From the NCBI GenBank assembly GCA_028534125.1, contig CM052816.1:84136001-84200000 (forward strand): DNA of 64,000 nt, in the 5' to 3' direction. Of this stretch, positions 28,285-39,876 are shown in pieces (position 1 is the first letter of the stretch; the number at the start of each line of letters is the position of its first letter). Made by a program: the position numbers and the translations under genes. The stretch is from Lama glama. Taxonomy: Eukaryota. The notes beneath the pieces are model-generated. The model did not search any database. It saw only the letters and a program-made list of their open reading frames with translations, and was not told where the DNA came from.

Positions 28285-28420
28285 TGTAAGTTACAAAGTG
28301 TTTCATATGATTCTCATAACAATCCTGAGAGGGGACATGGTAATGCTTCTCCGTGTTAGGTGAAGAAAGTGATATTCAAAAATGAAGTCATACAGTTAAG
28401 CTGAGTGGCAAAAATCTGCT
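28285..28420 (-). mobile_element. MIR fragment
   Basis: tgattctcataacaatcctgagagg...ggtgaagaaagtga. Confidence 0.6.
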
Positions 28421-28626
28421 TTAGGTATACAAAGACAAATCTCTCAAGTATTTCTTTAGAAAAAGATTTAAAGAAAGAGCTTGTTGCCTTAGCTTCATCT
28501 TGACTGTATTGCTTGCCTGATATGTATATGCTGCTCTGGAATAAAGCTGATCTGTAGTTTGCTAACTTGCTTCAAATACCAATTTAACATGCACTACACA
28601 GTCATAAGATTAATGACTACGTGACA

Positions 28627-29043
28627 TGTCAAAGGAAAATTCAGACAGATTTACTTGAAAGGAATATTTCATTAAGGGAGAAACAAATGGTTGTGAGCAG
28701 AGAAACTTCAAACCCAAAACTGGTACGACTCTCCCAGGCAAGATATACTACAGGATGGCTCATAAAGTGAAAATGAATAAGTTGTTTAACCTTTATAATG
28801 ACTGGCTATTAAACACGGGTTCCCAGACAGCAGGGAATTGGTTAAAAGTGGTTATCTTATGCCATTTTAGAAAGATGTTTTCACTTTTGCTTATGATTAT
28901 CAGAGGCATTTATAAGAAACAACCTGAGCTAAATTTCATTTACTTTCATGAAATTAACTAAATTATGTTTTGCTTACTGGTGTAACTGGGTTTTGTCTGC
29001 TCTAGGGAACTTCAAGTCTGGTCTTCATTTTATTTTTTTAACA
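28627..29043. mobile_element. Probable old ERV1-type solo LTR
   Basis: Begins TGTCAAA and ends TTTAACA (imperfect terminal inverted repeat), with near-TSD flanks GACA/GACT and about 420 bp length. Confidence 0.55.
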
Positions 29044-32000
29044 GACTGCAGAAAGTATTGCTTAAACCTGTTATGAAATCTGAATTTTTGTTGTGAACAG
29101 AGGATAGTTGGGCCACCACTGAAAACTGTACATTAAATAAAATTAAAAAGTAGAATAACTTTGTGATACAAATTCAGTAGGATAACTCCTGCTTAAGTAA
29201 TTGAACAATGAACAGAAGACTTTGGCACTTTCTCTTTCCAGGCTAGTAGAGTGCTTCAATATATAACAACCTCCCAAGAGATTTTGTTGAATGAATAAAT
29301 GAAAAAGACACTAGAACACTATATGATATTATTGATTTATTGGTAATTACATTATAGAGTATTTTTGACATGTCAGTAATATGCAACTGAAAGCATTATT
29401 CAGTTTATTAGTGGCTGGTTCAGCCCTACCAATTAACTAAGAGCTGGATTGGATGGTACTAAATAGAAACATGGAAGATGTTTTTTATTTAATGCTAACT
29501 ATTTTAGTTTCAGGAATCCCAAGAAAGCCAAGGAAAAACTATGCTTAATATCATGGAAAGCATTTAATATCTGAGGTTATAAGACTGAAATTTCAATCCT
29601 GTCTCCATTATTGATTGGACAGCCTGGCAAGGAATTTCATTTCCTGTCTTGTTGAGCTATATTCAGGATAAACAAATGTTTGATAATCTGTCTGTCAAGG
29701 ATTTTTTTTTATTACTCTTGTCTAAACCATCTCACCATTGACTCAAAATTCTGATACTGAGATTTACTTTTTATATCATTGGAATTTGCATCTGAAACTG
29801 GAACTGGAATTCTGCTTCTGTGAGTCCCACACCAATTGAACATTACATGTGAAGATCCACCCCTGTCAAACATAACAGATAATATTTACATACTCACACA
29901 TACATATACACACTTTATAATATTTCTAGAGAGGAGGACAATGAAATTTACCTGCTCATCTATCTGTGGCATTTTGAAATGAGATCTTTGATGCTTAAAC
30001 CATGGTAAATTTATAAAAATATTTCACATTGAAAGTTAGCTTTATGCTGAGTTAACAAATTGCATATTATTGTGCAACTGCAACTGCAGAGTGACATTTT
30101 CTTTCAAATACATTTGGTCCTTTTAAATGTTTTCTGAAGAGTTGAAAACATATCAAGCATATTATTGTATGAAGAATATTCACCATGCCTCTTTTTCCAT
30201 GTGAAGTCATCTCTTATCATGCATCATTGCTGAAAAGGCAAACAAAATTTAGACTTCTACTGAGTCTCCACAGTGTAATGAATTATGGCAAAGGAACAAA
30301 TATATAAATATAAACATGCATACTAATTGAAAATACAAATTTTTATCATTTATTTTTTATTTTTCAATTTAAGTGGAGATCAGAGTTGTTTTACTGTGAT
30401 ATATTTGGCAACCATTTTCTCATTTAAATGCTTTCATTGTTATGATGTTCCATATAAAAAATACTACTGTATTCTAATGAGTTTGTCAGTAATATTAGAA
30501 AATGTATCATCCACAGAGTTTCTTATTTATTCAGAAATACATATGGTAGTTTCATTAATTAATTTTATTTCTATGACTGATGAAGACTACAATTATTTCA
30601 AAATACATTGCTATTTATTTGACTTAGTTCTTGTGTTAAAATAGTTTTATATTTTCTCAATTGTCCTTCTTTGTGTGCCCAAGAAGTTACAGTTTTATTT
30701 ACATTTGATGTTACCACAACACGCAGAATGATTTCTAAGATAAGGTTAGAACTATGTCATAAAGATTGTTTTAAAACAATTGCAACAACTTGATAGACTG
30801 AATTTCTACTGTTAGGTTGTTCAGAATAGTAGAAAGTACATGGAGTAGAATGATAATATCACTTTAAAGAGACGTGTGTTATAAATTCAAGTAAGTTCTA
30901 AGATTCAAGTGATCAAAAAATATTCACCTGCCACTCATTTCTAAAAATAATCTTTAAGTTTTATATTCCTCAGGGAAAAGGAAAATTGTAGAAGATGTTG
31001 GATTTTATTTGTATATAGAACATTGAGTTTGACTGTAATTCTGGGAATTAGTCTAGCATAGTACGTGGTAGTTGTTAATGGATATTCTTATCTCTTGAAA
31101 TGTAAGGCTTTTCCTGGAAGAAATTATATAATAAATAATCTTTGAGTAAATGAATTTGGCTTCTTTTTTTTTAAATCTATGAAGCTTCTCTTTCCCCAAG
31201 CAGCCCAAGCAAAGATTTTATATAGAATTAAGGTCATGTACAACCACTGAAAATTATATTGTGATTAAAAAAAAAAGAAAATGCTATTCAACATGGGAAA
31301 ATTGTGCAATAATTAATATACTGATCATTCTTAAATTAATATCTTGAGGTATCCATTTTACTTTGTGAAATATGCACTTACTATCTGATCTGAGACTTTA
31401 TTTTTAATTTGTTTCTTTTTCATTATCTTCAGTTTACATAATTTATTATATTGTCAGATTTCACCTGGATTGTGTATTACAGCATATTTCAACTTCCCTC
31501 TTCCTAGTGCCATCCTAATCATTCTCACCACTGGACTATTTTACTAGAAAATTTCCTCCATCCTGTAAAATCAGAGAACAGTGTTTTCCTGTTCTTTACC
31601 TCTACTTTAATATTTTACTTTGACGTCTGTTTACAGATATGCCTGGTTCATCACAAAATAAGTTTCTGAGCATGAAAAATTGAGTTATATTGTAAAGAGA
31701 GCACATGAAGTAAACTCATGTATAGTCAACATTATCTTGGAAAGTTGCTTCAAACACTCAGAAGCAACAAAATAAATATAAGTAAGTTTAACACTGAGTT
31801 TTCCTTCATATGTATTGAAAGATTGCTTCTTACTAGGATGAGGATCAGATGAAACAGTTGTTTAACATTTAAGGCTAAGAATGTATAAAAATTATATATT
31901 ATATCTTAATACATTCTCAGTTAATTTTGGGTGAGTACAGTTGATTGTATATAAAGTAAACATTTATCTGATTAGACTTTACTATACTTATTTCTTCTGT

Positions 32001-32164
32001 TCACTAGAATATTTTAATTGAATGTTAATTCTTACAGTGTGATAAAACTTGTTGCCCTGATACCCCTAAAGAATGTTCAAACATGGAACTTCAATACACT
32101 GTGTATAAATTTAGATATAAATTTATCCAAGATTTCTTGCTAAGCTCTATAATTAAAAAAAAAA

Positions 32165-32390
32165 GTTTACTGAATACTTACTATGTGAGAAACAGGTTTC
32201 TATGTGCTCTAACTGCTTTATCTTATTTAATTCTATCAGCAAGTCCATGGGACAGGCACCACTCAGACCCTATTTTACAGATAAGGGAATTGAAGATTTA
32301 AAATTCAGTAACTAACTACAGGCCGCTTCATTCGGGGAGCAGAAATTTGACAACCATATATTCTGATTCCAGAGCTTTACCCAACTACTG
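32165..32390 (-). mobile_element. MIR SINE
   Basis: tttactgaatacttactatgtg...cctattttacagataagggaattgaag...tctgattccagagc. Confidence 0.8.
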
Positions 32391-32794
32391 CCTTGTAGTT
32401 ATCCATGTGTCCCCAGACAAACTCACAATCAATGCACAGGCATGCACTTTTTCACTTGTTTGTGAAGCTTATTTTTGTTCCACAGCTGTGTCTTTTGAAA
32501 TCTTATCACCATACTTGAATGCAATTCAGAAATTCTAAAACTCATGTAGACCAGTAAATAGTCTTTTTGCAACTGAGACTTTAATATATTTGTCCAAATT
32601 TCATGAATATTGCCAAACTAAAATGGAACCTGAATTCTTTGATGTAAAAATCACCGCATCGTTTGTCATCAACAGTATTCCTTATCATTTCATTGTATAT
32701 AAGAGTATATTTATTAAATTTATGTTTAGTTTGTCTTTCATAATATCTACAGCAAGCGAAAGGGTAACAAAATAACTGATTATGCAATCACATT

Positions 32795-33188
32795 TCTTTG
32801 TATACCAGTATCATACTGCTTTAATGATTACAGTTCTATAGTATAGCTTGAAAATAGTAAGTGTGGTACATTCTGCTTTGTTTTTTTCTCACATTTCTTT
32901 GGCTATTCGGGGGCTTTTGTGGTTTCATATAAATTTTAGGAGTGTTTTTTCTACTTCTGTAAAAAATGCACTTTGAATCTTGATAAGAAATTGCACTGAA
33001 TCTATAGATAGCTTTTGGTAGTTTTGACATTTTAACAATATAAATTCTTCCAGTTCATAAATATGGGATTCCTTTCCATCTAGTTGTGCCTCCTTTGCTT
33101 TTATCAATATCTTACAGTTTTCAGAGTAGAGATCTTTTACCTCCTTGGTTAAATTTATTCCTAAATATCCTAAGTATTTTATTATTTG
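32795..33188 (-). mobile_element. L1 ORF2 fragment
   Basis: Minus-strand peptides LPKAIYRFSAI and FFTEVEKTLLKFI are typical of L1 ORF2 downstream of the RT domain. Confidence 0.92.
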
Positions 33189-33194
33189 CTATCT

Positions 33195-33700
33195 CTGTAT
33201 GAGATAATGGATGTTAACTGGTCCTATCATGGTAATCATTTCACCATACAGATGACCCTTGAGCAGCAAGGGGCTAGGGGCACTGACCCCATGGGGACAA
33301 AGGCTATCAGCCTCCACGGAGTTGAAAATCCCATACTGCCTATCTCTGCCAGGAGGTATTGGTAAATGACTCAGCCAAGGGCAGGAAGCTGAAACAGTTT
33401 GGATAGAATCAGGACTCAAATCCTAGTTGTTTTGATTCCACATATTAATGATCTCTCATCAAATACAAACTTTCCCCACATTTAGTTAATTTAAAGATCT
33501 ATAAAAGGAAAATACAGGTAGTATATTTATTGAAGAAAATGTGCATTTAAGTGGATCTGCTCAGTTCAAACTCATGTTGTTAAAGTGTCAACTGTGTATG
33601 TAAATCAAACCATTATGCAATACACCTTAAACTTATACAGTGATGGATAGCAGTTATTTCTTCATAAAACTGGAAAAATAAATCAATTTTTCAAAACAAG
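33195..33700 (+). mobile_element. L1 3' end split by a Tigger2 insertion
   Basis: gatgttaactggtcctatcatggtaatcatttcaccata continues after 33594 as tatgtaaatcaaaccattatgcaatacaccttaaacttatacagtg plus an A-rich tail. Confidence 0.75.
33249..33594. mobile_element. Tigger2-family (Tc1/mariner-pogo) non-autonomous DNA transposon
   Basis: TIRs cagatgacccttgagcagca and tgttgttaaagtgtcaactg, preceded by TA, with characteristic subterminal sequences at both ends. Confidence 0.8.
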
Positions 33701-33734
33701 AAAAATAAAAGTTGGATAAAAAATTGAGAGGTAA

Positions 33735-34900
33735 TTGAGCTAACTAGGGAATTATCTGGGAAGAGACAATTTTAGTCATAAGAATGACTAGAACAAAAGG
33801 AGAAAGGAGGCAGAATAATTAGCATATTCAAGGAACTACAGAGATAGCAGTGTGGTTAGGGTAGAGAAAGTAAGAGAGAGAACAGAAGAAAATAAGAAGG
33901 CAACGGACTGACAAGATTAGGTAGGGTCTTGCAAGCCAATTTAAGATCTATGGCTTTTATGCTGAACCAAATGGAAGCCACTGGTAAATTCTGAGTCACA
34001 AACTGACTTGTGTTTTAAAAGAATCTCTGCAGTCCTATTTTGTTGTTGATGGACTGAGAGGCTAAGGATAGAAATAAGGAGAACTAGTAGGACTCTGTTG
34101 CCGTAATCCAGGAAGGAAATAGTTGTGGCTTGAATGAAAATGGAAGCTGTGGAGGCATGGGAAGGGAACATTTCTGATTATATTTTGAAACCAATGGTAT
34201 TTCCTAGCAGTTGGCCATAACATAGGAAGAACGAGAGGAGTCAAGATGAATATGAGCTCTTTGACCTGACACTGAAAGTATGAAGTTTCCATGAATTGAC
34301 TACAAGGAAAAATGTGGATGGAGTATGTTTTGGAAAGAGAATCAGCTGCTCTGCTCATTTTTAATTTGAGATGTCTATTAGACATTCAAGTAGCAGCATT
34401 GAGTAGACAGTTGGACATGTGTGTGACATTTGCAAGCAAGTTTGGGGCTAAAGATATGAACTTCAAAGCCCTGGCATAAAGATGGTATTAAAGTCATTAA
34501 ACCAGATGTGATCACCAAAGAAGATAGGAAAGACAGAACAAATAAGAAGATCAAAGATGGATCCTGGGGCATTTCCATATTAAAAAGTCAAGAAAGAAGG
34601 GCAAAGGAGACTGAAGTAGTAAGAAGTAAGAAGAACTAAAGGAGAGTATGATTGCATAGGAACCAAATGAAAATTGTGTATCAAGTAGAAAGGAATAATG
34701 AGCCACATCAAATGCTACCAGGAGGTGAAGAAGATTAGGACTAGCAGGTGAAGGTAACCACATGGAGGCATTAGAGACACTGGTGGGGGTCAGTCAAATG
34801 AGTAAAAACCTAATAAATACCCGTTTAAGGCAGAGTGGAAGAAAGCATTAAAAACAGCTCTATAGGCTACTGCTTAGAGAAATGAAGGTGAAGATGAAAA
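33735..34900 (-). mobile_element. L2 LINE fragment (about 1.1 kb)
   Basis: Purine-rich antisense L2 motifs: ggaagccactgg, tgacttgtgttttaaaagaatctctg, tttgagatgtctattagacattcaagt. Confidence 0.85.
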
Positions 34901-35769
34901 TATAAAAGTGTAATTGGAAGAGGAAATGGGGTTAAGGATATAACTTCTGAATATGAAAGATTGATCAGAAAATGGAATGTTTAATATAAACAAAATGTTA
35001 ATGTGTAGCTATAAATTCTCCAGTTTGCTAGGATTTAAATAAATTGACTTAGTCTTTCATATTAAAACTTTTCAGTACAAAGGCCTGCTTTAAATAGCTT
35101 TATATTTAATAAGTCATGAAATACAGTTTATCTCTGCTTAAATTTTCAAGTGCAATTCTAATTTATTTATAAAGAACTACTGAAAAGTTAAGAAGGTGGC
35201 AAAGACAGTACCGTTGAGGTGAAAAACACAAAAGTCACACAACTGTAAGAAAGGCCGGTGTGAATCATAGAAGAAAAGACTGGATGTCTTGATCAGCATT
35301 CTCAGGGTACAAAAATGAGAGAGATTGATGCTGCTATGAAATGAAATTTCATAAACAAATCGGAAATAAAAAGAAGACATATTGAGTGCACTTTTCCCTT
35401 TTAGTCAAATTGAAGGGAAAAAAAAAATACTTCCTAACCTGTACAGTTAACAAGAATCAACACCTCTTTGCGTAGCACTTAAAAATGGAATAACAATATG
35501 TCTCCCATGGAGAAGCAATATGATAAGAACTTTGTTCATGGCAGCATCTTAATTAGAAAAGTGAAAAATATTCCACATTTGAGATAGTCTGCTTCCCATG
35601 TACTTTAGTTTTCTAAATTTATTCTCATTTCAGCATCACTGTGCAATGAGTCTGAATACCTAATACTTATTAAAGAAAATAAATTATTCCTGCATTTCTG
35701 TGGATATTAAAAAAATAGCTAATGTGTATACATAGAGTATCTGTCTAGAATATCTACGGAAAACACTTT

Positions 35770-36130
35770 CCCTCAACCAACTGTCTGTCCCCACTTCCTC
35801 CTCAGTTCTCTGGGAAAGTAAAACAAGCCTCATCCATTAGAGCATCCAACTGCCCTTGACACAGAGATGGACTTAGAGAGAGGCATTTAGAACAAATGAG
35901 TCTGATTATGTGACCCCCAGAAACATTACTTAGAGTTATTAGCACAAAGTCAATTCTTTCTCCCTTTCTGTCTCTCTGTCTCTACATCATTTTATTACTT
36001 CTGGTGGCCATCTGGGCATAATTGTACAAAAAAGATTCTACAGAGCTCACTTGAAAATATAGTAGATGGCCAGGAAAACAGACTGAATAATGGATAACAA
36101 AAACCTATTCTTAGTAAGATAATTCGACAT
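35770..36130. mobile_element. Possible old ERVL/MaLR LTR fragment (LTR33/LTR16-like)
   Basis: Motifs cccttgacacagagatggacttagagagaggcat and tggtggccatct. Weak recognition only. Confidence 0.35.
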
Positions 36131-36357
36131 GCCTATCCCCCTAGATGGAAGAACTATAGAATATATAGAGATGTAAGAAGCTTCAAAGAGTATTCAACAG
36201 TCTTACAGAAGCATATGTAAAATATCCCCCCCATTACCATGTACTAGAATGTAAAGACAACCTCAAAATTATAAATTATAATTATCACACTACAATTATA
36301 ATATGATACAAATTAATACCAGAAGTATAGATTAAATAGTCCCATATGTGAAAATTA

Positions 36358-36393
36358 ACACACACACACACACACACACACTCACACACACTC
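36358..36393. repeat. (CA)n microsatellite
   Basis: Direct observation. Confidence 0.95.
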
Positions 36394-36595
36394 ATTTGTA
36401 GGATATTTTGCTTTCAGCAATGGAAATTTACTTGATTCAGATCAATACTCCTGCTGAGAATAGCTAGAAAATTTGAGAAATGTATTATAAATATCCCAGT
36501 GAAGACACTGGCAGGTCGTTTGGGAAGAGAGGTCTTGAGGGGCTAAATTCTGGACAGAGGAAAAACCCAGCTCTATAAACACAAAAAACTCACTG

Positions 36596-37232
36596 GACAA
36601 AATATTTTATTTTATGATGAAAACTCTTAGTCACTAAGAGGAGAAGAGAACTTCTTCAACCAGATGAAGGGCATCTATGGGAAACTCATAGCTCAAATCA
36701 TATTAATGGTCAAATACTGGATACTTCTACTCTAAGATCAGGAAAATAAAAGTGAATGATATCCACTCTCGACACTTCTGTTCAACATTGTGCTAGAGGC
36801 TCTAGTGAGAGCAATTAGGCAAGGAAAAGAAATACAAGGCATCCATACTGGAAAGAAAGAAGTAAGACTACCTGTATTCAAAGATGACATGATCTAGTGC
36901 ACATAAAATCTTAAGGAAGCCAGTAAAAATGATTAGAACTAGTAAATACATGTAAGTAGACTGCAAGATAAAATATCAATATACAAAAGTCAACTGTATT
37001 TCTATAAACATGCAAAGAAAAATCCAAAAACATCTCTCTGAATATACTAAAAATATACATTGTTCTTAAAATGGGCAAATTGTATGGTATGTGAATTATA
37101 CCTCAATAGTGCTGTTATTTAAAAAGGAGTACTTCCAACTTTATATAAAGCATTGGCAAAAAAATGTAAGAAATTAATAAAACAATTTGATATAGAATAG
37201 CATCAAAAAGAACAAAATACTCAGGGGTAAAG
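36596..37232 (+). mobile_element. L1 ORF2 (RT) fragment with a nested short L1 3' end (about 37035-37105)
   Basis: ctaagatcaggaa...ctgttcaacattgtgctagagg...gcaattaggcaaggaaaagaaatacaaggcatcc...gatgacatgat (F-x-DD region). Confidence 0.88.
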
Positions 37233-37574
37233 CTACAGGCAGAAACTAATAAGAGACAAGAATTTTTTTTAATTGTCAAGGGCTTGAACTGTTGTCTGAA
37301 GAAACATCCAGATTGGGAGAAGAGTAAGTACGAAGCCCTGAGTCTTGGGATGGACGTTAGAAGGAGTGGTTGATACACGGTGGACAGAGGGATGACATGC
37401 ATAAACTTCACGGTTTAAGCAATTTTGTTCATAGTTTATTGAGCAAAAAAATAAGATGGTTTTATCATCCTCATGCATGTCTTACCAATGAAAATGCTCA
37501 GTTTTCAAGGAATAATAATTGACTTCTTTCATGTTCTCTCTTAAAAAGACAAACTATTGTCAAGTGTTTCTTGC
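37222..37574 (-). repeat. Inverted duplicate of 38899-39253
   Basis: About 20 differences in about 355 bp by hand alignment (about 94%). Also visible as paired ORFs MHEDDKTIL... on opposite strands. Confidence 0.97.
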
Positions 37575-37584
37575 CTCTGTTTCC

Positions 37585-37731
37585 TTGGCAATTTGGGATC
37601 TTTTGTCTTAACACATAAACTTTATAATTAATTTGTTAACATCCACAAAATAACTTGTTGGGATTTTGATTGTAATTGCATTGAATCTATAGAAAAATTT
37701 GGAAATAACTGACATCTTGACAATATTGCAC
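37585..37731 (+). repeat. Direct duplicate of 40898-41044 (antisense L1 piece)
   Basis: 147 bp, ungapped, 10 mismatches by hand count (about 93%). Confidence 0.93.
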
Positions 37732-38898
37732 CTCAAATCCAATTTGATCTGGTGTTTTTTACAAAATATTCTTTTAGTTCCTTGAATTATCTTTCAATGC
37801 CAAATTTCCAACATCAGCACAGAATGTTTTGTCAAATTCCAGTGGACAAATAAAGCAGAGAAAAGTACTTCTGCTTCGTGACCATAGGCCAAATTACTAG
37901 AAAATATCTCTAGAACTGTGCAGGTTTATCTATGCCTTCTATAGTATTTGCTTCTATTTGTCCTTAAAGACAAAACGAGGGGTAAGGAATTTTCTGATGA
38001 CATTTTCCAGATAGCTCCTTTCCTTTAGAATGAAGGCTTCACAGTCCACTGTGAACGTGTACTGTTTTGTTTCGTAGTTTTTTTTTTTTTTTTGGAATTC
38101 CTAAACTTGTATCTAGATCAGCAGCTTGACTCAGCTGACTGAGGCTGCTATGACCTTAAGCATGACAGCATTACTGCTAAGCCTCTCAAATGGGAGAAAA
38201 CCACTTCCTTTATGGCTGAAGATGGGAGATGAAGTCAGGCGTTAAGAGCTAGAGTGAAAACGCTAAGAGGCTGAAAGGCAGTCTGGTTTGGTTTCCTCAG
38301 GCACATTGCTGTTCAGGCCAAAACCCTACAATTTTAAAATAACTATTGGAAGATGATTTACTCTGCAGCAGCAAATAGTGATAAATGTTTGCCAAATACT
38401 TAAATCACAAGTAACAAATTTTGTCATGATGATCAACAATGTATTTCTTACTTCAAAGCTACAGTCACCTTTATGATGATTTTGTAAAATGGCAGGTACA
38501 GCAGTTCATCTTGGCCACATTCCAATAGCTCTTTCTCTAATAAATATAAATTCTTAAGTCTTAAATAAGGAAGAAGAAAAAGTAGAGTGAAGAAATGGAA
38601 TAAAATCAAATTCTTTACTTCTATTTTTTCTTCAGGTTCATTGACAGAATTTCTGTAGGACAGTTGTGATTTATTTCAGTCTCTATAATGTATTATAAGA
38701 GCTTTGGTTCATGTTATATATTGGTCAATAAATAAAGCAGGTGACCTATTGAGGCTCATAATTTAAGTCTAGCTTGAACAAACACTTTAATTGAATTGTC
38801 CTATGTTATAATACTAGTACATTTATAGATGGAGTGGCATATACACAGCAAGACATAAGAAACTATCCAGAAATAGATTGTCAAAGAGGCCATATGAT

Positions 38899-39253
38899 GC
38901 AGGAAACATTTGACAATATTTTGTCTTTTTAAGAGAGAGCACTAAAGAAGTCAATTATTATTCCTCAAAAACTGAGCATTTTCATTGGTAAGACATGCAT
39001 GAGGATGATAAAACCATCTTATATTTTTACTCAATAAACTATGAACAAAATTGCTTAAACTGTGAAGTTTATACATGTCATCCCTCTGTCCACCGTGTAG
39101 CAACCACTCCTTCTAACGTCCATCCCGAGACTCAGGGCTTCGTACTTACTCTTCTCCCAATCTGGGATGTTTCTTCAGACAACAGTTCAAGCCCTTGACA
39201 ATTAAAAAAAAAATCTTCTCCCTCATTAGTTTCTGCCTGTAGCTTTACCCCTG
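38899..39253 (+). repeat. Partner arm (probable template) of the inverted duplication
   Basis: Reverse complement of 37222-37574. Confidence 0.97.
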
Positions 39254-39798
39254 GGAACTATGGCCCCAAGGCTATTCAAGGTGCCAAGTCTAAGTGTTGA
39301 TCACCGTGTGTTCCCTCTATTTCTCACATAAATTAACTTTATTGATTTTAGGTAAAATTAACTCATAGATATGAATAACAGAGTGATTCTGAAACTGTGA
39401 AAGGGATAGCAGAATACGAGATTCTAGAGGAACTGAGCATGTCAAAATTCTTTAGAGCACGTTATCCGTCTTATCTTGCGATGTGGATAAATTCTATGCA
39501 CAAACTGCTCTTAACTTCATCCTCAGTAGACTTTCTGGCTCTCCCGAGTTTCTTACATTAGAAATAGAGACTTAATGCCCTTTATTACATACAGATTTAG
39601 ACTTTATAGGAATTCACTATAATCAAATCAAAGTACTGCCGAAGTGAACTGAATACAGTCATATTAAAAACTAAGTTGGAAGGTTTGGTTTGCATGTTAC
39701 TTTGCAGGTTAAGAATAGGTTGAGTCTAGAGACAAATTCTTCTTCTTACCACCAAATGTGAGATAATCATTATACTTCTTTTAAATCCTTTTCATACG

Positions 39799-39876
39799 CA
39801 AGTACTTAGGCGTCAACTTAACTAAGGAAGTGAAATGCTTGTATACTGAAAACTACAAAATATTGATGAAAGAAAA
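39799..39876 (+). mobile_element. Short L1 ORF2 fragment
   Basis: aagtacttaggcgtcaacttaactaaggaagtgaaa translates KYLGVNLTKEVKCLYTENYKILMKE. Confidence 0.8.

Noticed and set aside
37269..39198. Paired MHEDDKTIL... ORFs as a duplicated small gene
   Set aside because: A by-product of the inverted duplication. The differences are mostly non-synonymous and include a frameshift, so there is no sign of coding constraint.
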